Source: Bacteroidales bacterium (GTDB lineage: Bacteria > Bacteroidota > Bacteroidia > Bacteroidales > DTU049). From it: a stretch of DNA of 41,126 nt. Below, one piece after another: positions 30,347-38,937 of this stretch; position 1 is the stretch's first letter, and each line of letters starts with the position of its first letter. The notes beneath the pieces are model-generated. The model had not been told where the DNA came from. It ran no database searches and was given only the letters and a program-made list of their open reading frames with translations. The stretch covers positions 1 to 41,126 of the forward strand of contig JAGPGB010000001.1 of the NCBI GenBank assembly GCA_018056215.1, written 5' to 3'. Made by a program: the position numbers and the translations under genes.

Positions 30347-32452
30347 TTATAAATTCACTTTAATACCTTTAGTTTTAAAAATTACTTCTTCGGCTATAGC
30401 ATCAGGGCAAACGGCATAGCGTTTAAACTCCATATTCACAGAAGCTCTACCACTACTTAAGCTTCTAAGAATAGTTACATAACCGAACAATTCAGCTAAT
30501 GGTGCCTCAGCTCTAATCACTTGATAAACATCTTCGCCTTCTATATTTAATATTTCTCCTCTTCTGCGAGTAATATCACTAGTTATCTCTCCAATATATT
30601 CTATAGGAGATATAATTTCTAACCTCATAATAGGCTCTAGTAAAACAATTTTTAAATTTTTACAAGCCTCTTTAAAGGCAATACTTGCAGCTATCTCAAA
30701 TGATAGAGCATCACTATCTACAGGATGAGTAACTACATCTAACAATCTAACATGAGCATTTAACACAGTATATCCAGCTATGACTCCATTTTGCATAGCT
30801 GAGCGAAATCCTTTTTCTGTAGCAGAAATAATATCTTTAGATACTGCTTTACCTACTAAATTTTCGAAATTTAATCCTACATTATCAAATGGTTCACCAG
30901 ACAATTCGAACTCTAATTCAGCATATTTGCCTTTGCCGCCAAATTGTTTTTTATAAATCTCTCTATATGTTGTTTTGCCGATGATACCTTCACGATAATT
31001 AACCTGTGGTCTACCTAAATTACATTCAATATTAAACTCACGAGCTAGTCTATCAGCAACAATATCTAAATGTAGTTCACCCATACCATTAAGTATGATT
31101 TGTCCTGTTTCTTCGTCAGTTTTTATCCAAAGTGAGGGATCCTCATCAGCAATTTTTTGCAATGATTCTACCATTTTAGCAATATCTTTTTGATATTTAG
31201 CTTCAATAGCTATAGATATCACTGGGTCTGGGAAATGAATAGATTCGAAAGCAATAGGATGCGCACTATCGCATAGTGTATCACCTGTAGTAGAATCTTT
31301 TAATCCTACTATAGCAGCTATATCACCTGCAGAAAAAGAATCTATTTTAATTTGTTTATTAGCGTGTATATGAAATAGTCGAGCAGCACGTTCTTTTTTA
31401 TCTAATCTAGAATTATACAACATATCTCCTTGAGAAATGACGCCACTATATAATCTAGTAAAAGCTATACGTCCCACATATGGATCATTCATAACTTTAA
31501 AAATCAAAGCGCTCAAAGGTTCTTCATCAGATATTTTTCTAATAGTTTTCTCGCCAGTTCTAGGATTGATACCTTCTACCACGCCTATATCAGCAGGAGA
31601 TGGCAGATAATTAATAACTGCATCTATCAATGGTTGTACACCAATGTTTTGCAAAGAAGATCCGCACAAAATAGGAGTAAATTTAAGAGATAGAGTTCCT
31701 TTTCTAAGATTTTTTAATATTTCCTCGTTAGTAATAGAATTAGGATCATTAAAGAATTTTGACATTATATCATCATCTAATTCTGAAATAGTTTCTAATA
31801 AATTAGATCGATATTCATCAGCGAGTGATTTTAGATTTTCTGGAATATCTTTATAAATATAAACTGATCCATCAGGGTAGTTATCTAAATCCCAATAAAT
31901 AGCTTTCAAAGAAATCAAATCTATGATACCATCGAAAGTATCATTTTCGAAAATAGGTAATTGAATAGGTACAGGAGTAGCACCTAATTTATCTTTTATT
32001 TGACGAATAGCTTTAAAGAAATCTGCTCCGGGTCTATCTAATTTATTAATATAGCAAATACGAGGAACGCGATATTTGTCAGCTTGACGCCAAACAGTTT
32101 CTGATTGAGGTTGCACACCAGCCACACCACAAAAAATTACTATACTACCATCTAGTACACGCAGAGAACGTTCTACCTCTACAGTAAAGTCTACATGACC
32201 AGGAGTATCTATAATATTAATTTGATAATCATTATCATTAAGAGTCCAATGAACGGTAGTAGCTGCAGAAGTAATAGTAATGCCACGTTCTTGTTCTTGT
32301 GGCATCCAATCGGTAGTAGCAGTACCATTATCTACTTCACCAATAGCATAATTAACCCCTGTATAATACAGTATACGCTCAGTAGTGGTAGTTTTACCAG
32401 CATCTATGTGAGCGATTATGCCTATATTTCTTAATGGGGTTAAATCTTTCAT
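30347..32452 (-). CDS. fusA: Translation elongation factor G
   Basis: G1 motif [13 protein letters not shown]3 motif DTPGHVDF, G4 motif NKLD, plus domains II-V. Confidence 0.95.
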   Translation of the reverse strand: MKDLTPLRNIGIIAHIDAGKTTTTERILYYTGVNYAIGEVDNGTATTDWMPQEQERGITITSAATTVHWTLNDNDYQINIIDTPGHVDFTVEVERSLRVLDGSIVIFCGVAGVQPQSETVWRQADKYRVPRICYINKLDRPGADFFKAIRQIKDKLGATPVPIQLPIFENDTFDGIIDLISLKAIYWDLDNYPDGSVYIYKDIPENLKSLADEYRSNLLETISELDDDIMSKFFNDPNSITNEEILKNLRKGTLSLKFTPILCGSSLQNIGVQPLIDAVINYLPSPADIGVVEGINPRTGEKTIRKISDEEPLSALIFKVMNDPYVGRIAFTRLYSGVISQGDMLYNSRLDKKERAARLFHIHANKQIKIDSFSAGDIAAIVGLKDSTTGDTLCDSAHPIAFESIHFPDPVISIAIEAKYQKDIAKMVESLQKIADEDPSLWIKTDEETGQIILNGMGELHLDIVADRLAREFNIECNLGRPQVNYREGIIGKTTYREIYKKQFGGKGKYAELEFELSGEPFDNVGLNFENLVGKAVSKDIISATEKGFRSAMQNGVIAGYTVLNAHVRLLDVVTHPVDSDALSFEIAASIAFKEACKNLKIVLLEPIMRLEIISPIEYIGEITSDITRRRGEILNIEGEDVYQVIRAEAPLAELFGYVTILRSLSSGRASVNMEFKRYAVCPDAIAEEVIFKTKGIKVNL

Positions 32453-32468
32453 GGTGAAAAAATATTAA

Positions 32469-32936
32469 TTAAAATCTAAAATGAGCGAATGCTTTATTAG
32501 CATCAGCCATTCTATGAATTTCTTCTTTACGTTTATAAGCGCTACCTTCACCTTTACTAGCAGCGATAATTTCATTAGCTAATTTAGCAGCCATACCTTT
32601 ATCGCCACGTTTACGAGCATATAAAATAAGATTTTTCATCCCTATGCTCATTTTTCTATCAGGTCTAATCTCAGTAGGTATTTGAAAAGTAGCTCCACCG
32701 ATACGACGACTGCGAACTTCTATCTGAGGTGAAACGTTTTCGAGGGCTTTTTTGAAAGTATCTAGACCATCTTCATTAGTTCTTTTAGTTACAATATCTA
32801 TAGCATCATAAAAGATTTTATAAGCAGTTTCTTTTTTCCCTTGAAGCATTAAATTATTAACAAATTTAGCCACAACTTCGTCCTGATATTTAGGATCTGG
32901 CAATATAATTCTCTGTTTTGCTTTTGCTTTTCTCAT
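32469..32936 (-). CDS. rpsG: 30S ribosomal protein S7
   Basis: [23 protein letters not shown]...[10 protein letters not shown]. Confidence 0.95.
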   Translation of the reverse strand: MRKAKAKQRIILPDPKYQDEVVAKFVNNLMLQGKKETAYKIFYDAIDIVTKRTNEDGLDTFKKALENVSPQIEVRSRRIGGATFQIPTEIRPDRKMSIGMKNLILYARKRGDKGMAAKLANEIIAASKGEGSAYKRKEEIHRMADANKAFAHFRF

Positions 32937-32942
32937 TGTTAA

Positions 32943-33326
32943 TTACTTTTGTTTTTGTTTTGGTCGTTTAGCACCATATTTACTTCTACCTTGTTTTCTT
33001 TTTTCTACGCCAGCAGTGTCTAATGCTCCACGTATGATATGATAACGTACACCTGGTAAATCTTTTACACGACCACCTCTTACTAAAACGATGCTATGTT
33101 CTTGAAGGTTATGACCTTCTCCGGGAATATATGCTATCACTTCATATCCATTTGTTAACCTTACTTTAGCTACCTTTCTCAAAGCTGAATTAGGTTTCTT
33201 AGGTGTAGTTGTGTAAACACGAGTACAAACACCTCTTCGTTGAGGACAATTAGCAAGAGCTGGACTCTTACTAGTCCTTCTCTTTGCTTTCCTCCCTTTT
33301 CTTATCAACTGTTGTATTGTTGGCAT
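32943..33326 (-). CDS. rpsL: 30S ribosomal protein S12
   Basis: [12 protein letters not shown]...[16 protein letters not shown]. Confidence 0.95.
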   Translation of the reverse strand: MPTIQQLIRKGRKAKRRTSKSPALANCPQRRGVCTRVYTTTPKKPNSALRKVAKVRLTNGYEVIAYIPGEGHNLQEHSIVLVRGGRVKDLPGVRYHIIRGALDTAGVEKRKQGRSKYGAKRPKQKQK

Positions 33327-33357
33327 ATTGTTTGTTATGTTTTTTTAAATTAGTTTG

Positions 33358-33388
33358 CAAAATTATATATTATTATTTAATTGACAAA
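33358..33388 (-). promoter_or_regulatory. Putative Bacteroidota sigma-A promoter of the rpsL (str) operon
   Basis: On the minus strand, the -33 TTTG (33385-33388) and the -7 TAATTTTG (33358-33365) are separated by a 19-nt spacer. It lies about 30 nt upstream of the rpsL ATG. Confidence 0.45.
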
Positions 33389-33560
33389 ATATTTTTTGAA
33401 ATTTTTTATAATTTTTTCATTTCTTTCTTTTTTTGTAGTGAATATTTGAGTTAAATAATTAATATCTAATTGATATATAATATTTTATACATTTTTATTT
33501 TTTGAATTTTTTCAGTGTTAAATCAAAAATAATTTTAATTTTATTTTTTAATAAAATTAT

Positions 33561-33593
33561 TTTCAAAATATTTAAATTTTTTATTTAATTTTG
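33561..33593 (+). promoter_or_regulatory. Candidate promoter of the plus-strand operon
   Basis: The -7 box TAATTTTG (33586-33593) is the only exact TAnnTTTG match on the plus strand in this intergenic region. The -33 element TTTc (33561-33564, 21-nt spacer) is imperfect. It lies 60 nt upstream of the ATG at 33654. Confidence 0.3.
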
Positions 33594-33653
33594 CTTTAAT
33601 ATTTATTTAAAGTTAAAAGTTTTGTTTAATTCTAAAAATCAACATTCAAATTT

Positions 33654-33818
33654 ATGAAAAAATTATTTTTAATTTCAATTTTGATTGTCATAACAATGAC
33701 AATGTATGGGCAAAAAGCAGCCCGACACACAAGCAAACGCTTCGCAAAAGTCAAAGAGCCATTTTTTCCTTCGCACGAAAAGAGTAAATTTACAAATACA
33801 AACTTTAAAATTAAATAG
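33654..33818 (+). CDS. Small ORF (54 aa): N-terminal hydrophobic signal/anchor helix plus a Lys/Arg-rich tail; not in the ORF track
   Basis: My hand translation gives MKKLFLISILIVITMTMYGQKAARHTSKRFAKVKEPFFPSHEKSKFTNTNFKIK*. The stop TAG at 33816-33818 is 2 nt before the ATG of the SPFH gene. Confidence 0.5.
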   Translation: MKKLFLISILIVITMTMYGQKAARHTSKRFAKVKEPFFPSHEKSKFTNTNFKIK

Positions 33819-33820
33819 TT

Positions 33821-35071
33821 ATGGCAATAATTGATCTAGTCCGTTGGGCACCTCAAGGAAATCAAACCATATATGCCTATAGGTTTCCTGAGACAAATCT
33901 TAGCACATACACACAGTTGATTGTGCAAGAATCACAAGAGGCAATTTTATTTTCAAAAGGTCAAATTGTAGGTAAATTTGGACCCGGTAAACATACACTT
34001 AATACGGAAAACCTGCCAATATTAAGAAGTTTATACGGACTCCCTTTTGGTGGTAAAAATCCATTTACAGCAGAAGTTTGGTTTGTAAACAAACTACAAC
34101 CTTATAATATTGATTGGTCAATTGACCGAATGGATATTCATGATGCTGATTACAATACAGGTATTCCGCTTGTTGCTAATGGTAGATATGGTTTAAAAAT
34201 TACGGACGCAGAAAGATTTTTGATAAAAATTGTTGGGACAAAAAATTCATTTGACCAAAATGATCTGACTGACCAGTTTTTTGGTGAATTTTCAACAAAA
34301 ACAAAGTCTACTGTTTTGCAATTCATGATTAATAATAGAATTGGATTAAAACAAATTTCCGCCCATTTAGACAGCATATCTGAACATTTAAAAACGGTAA
34401 TGCTGCCTTTTTGGGAAAATCTTGGTTTGGAACTTACGAAGTTCTATGTTACAAGTATAGAAGTTGATAGTTCAACCGAAGTTGGAAAACGTGTGTTAGA
34501 TGCAATTTCTCGCCAAAGTGCACAATCTATTGGTGGTTACACTTGGCAACAAGAACAAGCGTTTGGTGTAGCTAACAATGCAATAGACGGTTTTTCAAAC
34601 AGTAATTCAGGAATATTAGGAGCTGTTATTGCAACAAATATGATGGGAGGTTTAGGAGGTGCAGGCGGTGTTATGCAGCCACAATACAATCAACCAACAT
34701 TTGGCGGTACGAATCAGAATCAACAGGGCAATAATGTTCAACCAGTTAATCAAGTAAAAGAGGTTTTCTGTTCAAATTGTTCAAAGAAATTTCCTAGTAC
34801 ACATCGTTTTTGCCCTCATTGTGGAGACCCTTATGATGCTTGTCCTAAATGTGGAACGGATAACGATAAAAATGCAAAACGATGTGTAAGTTGTGGCACT
34901 CCACTTCAAACTGAAATGTCATTATGTACTAATTGTAACACACCTCTTGCTCCCGGTAGTTCATTTTGTGGAAATTGTGGTCAACAGCAAGCAGAAAATA
35001 AATGTACAAGATGTGGAACTGCATTAAATCCAACAATAAAGTTCTGTCCTAAATGTGGTCAAAAACGCTAA
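33821..35071 (+). CDS. SPFH/band-7 protein of the YdjI / COG4260 (virion-core-protein-like) type, with a G/Q/N-rich linker and four C-terminal zinc ribbons
   Basis: The N-terminal ~235 aa follow the YdjI-type pattern (IDLVRW...IVQESQEAILFSKGQIVG...AEVWFVNK...IPLVANGRYGLKITD). The linker runs aa ~240-315. Eight CxxC motifs lie at C317 to C412 (nt 34769-35056), paired with exactly 10 residues inside each ribbon. Confidence 0.75.
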   Translation: MAIIDLVRWAPQGNQTIYAYRFPETNLSTYTQLIVQESQEAILFSKGQIVGKFGPGKHTLNTENLPILRSLYGLPFGGKNPFTAEVWFVNKLQPYNIDWSIDRMDIHDADYNTGIPLVANGRYGLKITDAERFLIKIVGTKNSFDQNDLTDQFFGEFSTKTKSTVLQFMINNRIGLKQISAHLDSISEHLKTVMLPFWENLGLELTKFYVTSIEVDSSTEVGKRVLDAISRQSAQSIGGYTWQQEQAFGVANNAIDGFSNSNSGILGAVIATNMMGGLGGAGGVMQPQYNQPTFGGTNQNQQGNNVQPVNQVKEVFCSNCSKKFPSTHRFCPHCGDPYDACPKCGTDNDKNAKRCVSCGTPLQTEMSLCTNCNTPLAPGSSFCGNCGQQQAENKCTRCGTALNPTIKFCPKCGQKR

Positions 35072-35087
35072 CTAAAAAATTAAAGTT

Positions 35088-35798
35088 ATGAATGCTAAAA
35101 AAATATTTTCGTTATTGCTTGCACTCTTTGGAGAAGCACTGATTATTTTCTGTTTTTTACATTTTGGCAAAAATGTCCAGACAGAAATATTAACACTTAA
35201 TATTATTGTATCAACAATAATTTATTGTCTTGTATTTGTAGATGTAATTTTTCCATGGGTTAACCTAAAAGATAAATCACAGAAGCAAATTGGTTCTATT
35301 GGTTTAAGATGGTTTTTTACATTTTTCTATTTGATACTCGCTATAGGGGTTATGATATTTTTCAATACTGTAAAACCCATTCATTATACGAATCAAATTA
35401 TTATTCATGGTATTCTATTCTTTCTGCTATTGCTTGGTCTATTTATGGCTTTTTCATCATCCGACAAGGTAAGTGAAGTTTATTTTGAAGAAAAACAAAA
35501 CAGAGATAGGATTGATGAAATGAAGAAGGTTACAAAAGAACTTCAATTAAAATTAGATGCCATGAATAATATTCCAATAGAAATCATTAATCGTATTAAT
35601 GAACTACAGGAAAATTTACGATATCTATCGCCCAGCAATAATAGTGATGCATTGGTTCTTGAAAGCAAATTTGTTGAAGAAATTAGAATGTTAAATAATT
35701 GCTTTTCAGATAATCCATTAAACATTGAAATTGTCATCAGCAACATTAAAAATTGCGAAAGGACATACAAAGAACGCAAACAAATTTTCTCAAATTAA
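35088..35798 (+). CDS. Integral membrane protein (about four TM helices) with a ~110-aa helical/coiled-coil C-terminal domain; unknown family
   Basis: Hydrophobic segments lie near aa 6-26, 34-55, 71-92 and 104-124. The C-terminus is charged and heptad-like (NRDRIDEMKKVTKELQLKLDAMNN...). Confidence 0.7.
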   Translation: MNAKKIFSLLLALFGEALIIFCFLHFGKNVQTEILTLNIIVSTIIYCLVFVDVIFPWVNLKDKSQKQIGSIGLRWFFTFFYLILAIGVMIFFNTVKPIHYTNQIIIHGILFFLLLLGLFMAFSSSDKVSEVYFEEKQNRDRIDEMKKVTKELQLKLDAMNNIPIEIINRINELQENLRYLSPSNNSDALVLESKFVEEIRMLNNCFSDNPLNIEIVISNIKNCERTYKERKQIFSN

Positions 35799-35822
35799 TA
35801 TAAATCCAGTAAATCAAATCGT

Positions 35823-37994
35823 ATGAAAGGTAAAATTTTTCCGGAATCGAGTAATATCTACCAAGATCAGGCGAAGATATTATTCAACTATTACCAGTCA
35901 ATGGCTGAAAAAATAGTACAAGAAGAGGAACGCATTGAAAAAGAAATTGCGAAACTCGAAGAAGAAAAAAAGATGATAGAAGATATTCTTTCTTCTTTTT
36001 GGAACAGAATTAAATTATGGTTTCAAGGCAAACTAAAGAAAACGAGATTACAGGTTGAAACCCTAAACACAAGAATCGCTGAATTTCAGAAAATGCACAA
36101 AGAAATTTTCAGGGATTACAAAGTAAGTAAATTGGGCGTTGCTTATGTTCCAATTGCCGACCAAATTAAGTATGAAAATAAAAGCTTTATTGTTGATCAT
36201 ACGGGAATGGTTGAGGAATCAGAAGTTAAATTGCAATTGTCAAAACAAAACGACTTACTTATTCAAACAATTTCAGAGTTAGAAAAACTTTCGGGTGAAG
36301 CACCTATTGTTGAAAGTTCAAACGAAATTGAAGAAATTGAGACAGAACAGTATTCCAAATCAATGCAACAACTAAATCAACATGATTATTTTGGGAAACT
36401 TGAACGTTCGTTGAGAACAATTTCATATTGTATGGATGATTTAGATGTAACCTCGGTTCAATTACCACTAGTTGCGAATGAAAGTTCATATCTTAACTTT
36501 TTAAAGGAGTTTGCGACCAATGAAATTCCTGAAAATGCACCAATTTTTAAAGCATTTGACACACAAAAATACAATGAGCAGATTTCAAAATTTCAGGAAT
36601 TAAATAAACTAAAAGATTCTTTATCAAGACATACTGCACAGTTTGAAGATGTATTGAAAGGACTAATGATTACAATGGCAAATTCCGTTCAAGCAATATC
36701 CGCATTGAAAATTGCTTCAACAGATAAAATTGTTTTTGAATCAAATAAGGTACTTTATAAAATACTTAAATCTCCTTATAACCATTACTCTCCTGTTTTA
36801 GAGGCATCAGAGATTGAACGAATCAGAAATGAAAGTTTTAATTATAGTGAAGCGGTTTCTGATTATGTTCCATTCCAACTAAAAGATAGTTCAAAAGTCC
36901 GTTTCAATTTAGTTTCTGGTATGTGGACAGCCGAAGATGGTAGTACAACCAATTTCCCATTTGGCGTTCATCAAATCCATGAAGAAATTGTTGCTCCTAT
37001 CGTTCAAAACCTGATGAATGAAACAAGAATTGAACGTTTGAAAATATATAATCATATCAAAGACCAAAAAATAAGTTACCTTAACAAATGGCATCAGGAT
37101 ACGGAAGATTTTTATGGAAGAAACCGTGCAGAAAGTGCCGATTTGATAAATTTAATGAGAGCCAGTTTAAGAGATTATGTTGCAGCATACAATACATTAA
37201 CTTCTTTGAAGAAAACTGAGGATAGTATGGCACAATCTGGAGGGTCTTTAGATTCGACAGTTGTAACAGCAACTGAAAACTCAGCAGAAGTATTTGCAGC
37301 CTTTGAACTTCAATCAAAAGAATTCCAAAATGTTCTGCTTGACTTTGAGAACTACATGGAGCGTTTGAAAGAAGACATTGATATGAAAGCACAAAAGTTT
37401 GAGCACATTGATTATTACGATGCATTGCTACGGGATGGAATATCAAAAGAAATTGCTGTTGCTGCGGATGAAGTTCATGATTTTGACGCAAGAAGAAAAC
37501 CTCTTATTACAGTAAATCCATTATTTGCAAAAACTTCAGATTTACCTCCAACTCCGGATGTGGAAGATATTACCTTCGAGCACATTTCTTTGAATCTACC
37601 GAATATTGCAAAAAATACATTAAGAGAACTTGAAGATGATTTGGTAATTGAGCAACCTATTTCAGAAGAAAATGATGAAATTGAAAGCACGAATATTGAA
37701 TCTGATATTGAGAATAATGTTGAATCAGATGATAATATTATAGAAAATCAAGATGCTGACGATAATTCTGAATCAGAAGAAAAAGAAGATAACAATGATG
37801 CATCTGATGAAGATGAAGAAGATTTTTCTGATGAAGATGAAAACGATGATTCTGAAAGTGATAATGAAGATAGCGAAGATGAAGAAGATGAAGAAGATTT
37901 TTCTGATGAAGATGAAAACGATGATTCTGAAAGTGATAATGAAGATAGCGAAGATGAAGAAGATGAAGAAGATGAAGAAAATAAAAAGAATTAA
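35823..37994 (+). CDS. Large (723 aa) coiled-coil-rich hypothetical protein with a ~120-aa poly-Asp/Glu C-terminal tail; unknown family
   Basis: N-terminal coiled coil (EKIVQEEERIEKEIAKLEEEKKMIEDIL). I saw no Walker A or other catalytic motif on reading. The tail from about aa 600 is dominated by D/E/S/N and includes a perfect 25-aa duplication. Confidence 0.7.
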   Translation: MKGKIFPESSNIYQDQAKILFNYYQSMAEKIVQEEERIEKEIAKLEEEKKMIEDILSSFWNRIKLWFQGKLKKTRLQVETLNTRIAEFQKMHKEIFRDYKVSKLGVAYVPIADQIKYENKSFIVDHTGMVEESEVKLQLSKQNDLLIQTISELEKLSGEAPIVESSNEIEEIETEQYSKSMQQLNQHDYFGKLERSLRTISYCMDDLDVTSVQLPLVANESSYLNFLKEFATNEIPENAPIFKAFDTQKYNEQISKFQELNKLKDSLSRHTAQFEDVLKGLMITMANSVQAISALKIASTDKIVFESNKVLYKILKSPYNHYSPVLEASEIERIRNESFNYSEAVSDYVPFQLKDSSKVRFNLVSGMWTAEDGSTTNFPFGVHQIHEEIVAPIVQNLMNETRIERLKIYNHIKDQKISYLNKWHQDTEDFYGRNRAESADLINLMRASLRDYVAAYNTLTSLKKTEDSMAQSGGSLDSTVVTATENSAEVFAAFELQSKEFQNVLLDFENYMERLKEDIDMKAQKFEHIDYYDALLRDGISKEIAVAADEVHDFDARRKPLITVNPLFAKTSDLPPTPDVEDITFEHISLNLPNIAKNTLRELEDDLVIEQPISEENDEIESTNIESDIENNVESDDNIIENQDADDNSESEEKEDNNDASDEDEEDFSDEDENDDSESDNEDSEDEEDEEDFSDEDENDDSESDNEDSEDEEDEEDEENKKN
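37812..37973 (+). repeat. Perfect 75-bp tandem duplication (2 copies plus a 12-nt partial third) inside the acidic tail
   Basis: 37812-37886 and 37887-37961 are identical base for base (gatgaagaagatttttctgatgaagatgaaaacgatgattctgaaagtgataatgaagatagcgaagatgaagaa). 37962-37973 repeats the first 12 nt. Confidence 0.95.
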
Positions 37995-38014
37995 TCATTT
38001 AAACTGAAAGAATT

Positions 38015-38926
38015 ATGGCAACATTTAACTATACAGTAGATACAAAGCCAATGGCAGATGAAATGCGTAGTGTTTCACGACATGTGAACGCCACTACCGA
38101 TGCCGTTGTAGCTATGCAAACAGCAGTCATAATTGCTGAAGAAAAAGCAGCAGACCATGTTTGCAATAATGTAAACAAAGGATTTTATTCTTTGATTCGC
38201 TCCCAAATCTCGCAGAAAATGGCAAAATTACAAAGCGAGGTTGATTCTCATCTTATGCAATTGGTTCAGCAAAAAAATGCTTTACTAAGCATTAAAAACC
38301 GAATGCAAAAGGATTACAACATGATAGCCAGCAGGTACATCAAACTTTTTAACGGGTTAAACTCAAATTTGAAACAGAGAGTTTTTGAACTTGACAAGCC
38401 AACTATTGATTTTGCAGTTAAAGAGGTTGACAAAGTTTCTAACAGAACAAAATATTTAACAGCAACTATCCCGATAGCACAGTTGGAGTCTTTAGCAGCG
38501 AGCCAAAAAATTGTTGCATCAAATGTTAAGTATCGTGGTCTTAATGTAATCAAGTCAATGCGTAGTTTTCTTTTTGAAATGAATACGCAAAAGAAACTTA
38601 CAGACCAGATATTAATAAATGATGGCAGATATACCGAAACAGCAACAGTTTATATTCCAATTGTAATATGTGAATGCAATAGAGATAAAACTGGTACCGG
38701 AATTGAAATTTCTGTTTCTGATGTTGAGTTGGATAATATTTCAAAGTCTGCGATTAAGAATACTGCATTCGCAGAACTTAATCAAATTGAATGGCAAGCC
38801 AAAACTTCACCCAATACAGAAGTTAAAAGCGAGTTCAGTAAATTAGTATCATCTTCCTCAAAGTCGCAACGAGTAAAGGATATGGCTACGAAGTTGTTTC
38901 AGTCTAATAATTATCAAACCATTTAA
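38015..38926 (+). CDS. Hypothetical alpha-helical protein (303 aa), paralog A of an unknown family
   Basis: It shares a ~126-aa core with the next gene. The shared motifs are GF--LIRSQISQK and SRYIK-F--LN--L--R-FELDKPT. Confidence 0.7.
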   Translation: MATFNYTVDTKPMADEMRSVSRHVNATTDAVVAMQTAVIIAEEKAADHVCNNVNKGFYSLIRSQISQKMAKLQSEVDSHLMQLVQQKNALLSIKNRMQKDYNMIASRYIKLFNGLNSNLKQRVFELDKPTIDFAVKEVDKVSNRTKYLTATIPIAQLESLAASQKIVASNVKYRGLNVIKSMRSFLFEMNTQKKLTDQILINDGRYTETATVYIPIVICECNRDKTGTGIEISVSDVELDNISKSAIKNTAFAELNQIEWQAKTSPNTEVKSEFSKLVSSSSKSQRVKDMATKLFQSNNYQTI

Positions 38927-38937
38927 ATGTTAAAGAT

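Noticed and set aside
23996-32434. Antisense or alternative-frame ORFs inside ribosomal and EF-G genes: 23996..24391, 24836..25144, 24972..25187, 25279..25677, 25738..25920, 26314..26541, 28562..28762, 30097..30312, 31644..31856 and 32195..32434.
   Set aside because: All lie within highly conserved ribosomal-protein or fusA coding sequence. The translations are Ile/Phe/Ser-rich shadows typical of AT-rich DNA.
33390-33516. Near-repeat tattttttgaa(a)tttttt at about 33394 and 33495, and T-tract periodicity in the rpsL upstream region.
   Set aside because: This is low-complexity AT-rich DNA, so matches of this length are expected. I cannot assess curvature or UP-element function without computation.
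37738-38007. ORFs 37738..37998 (-) and 37753..38007 (+) with internally repeated peptides.
   Set aside because: They are by-products of the 75-bp tandem repeat and GAA/GAT-rich acidic-tail coding sequence read in other frames.
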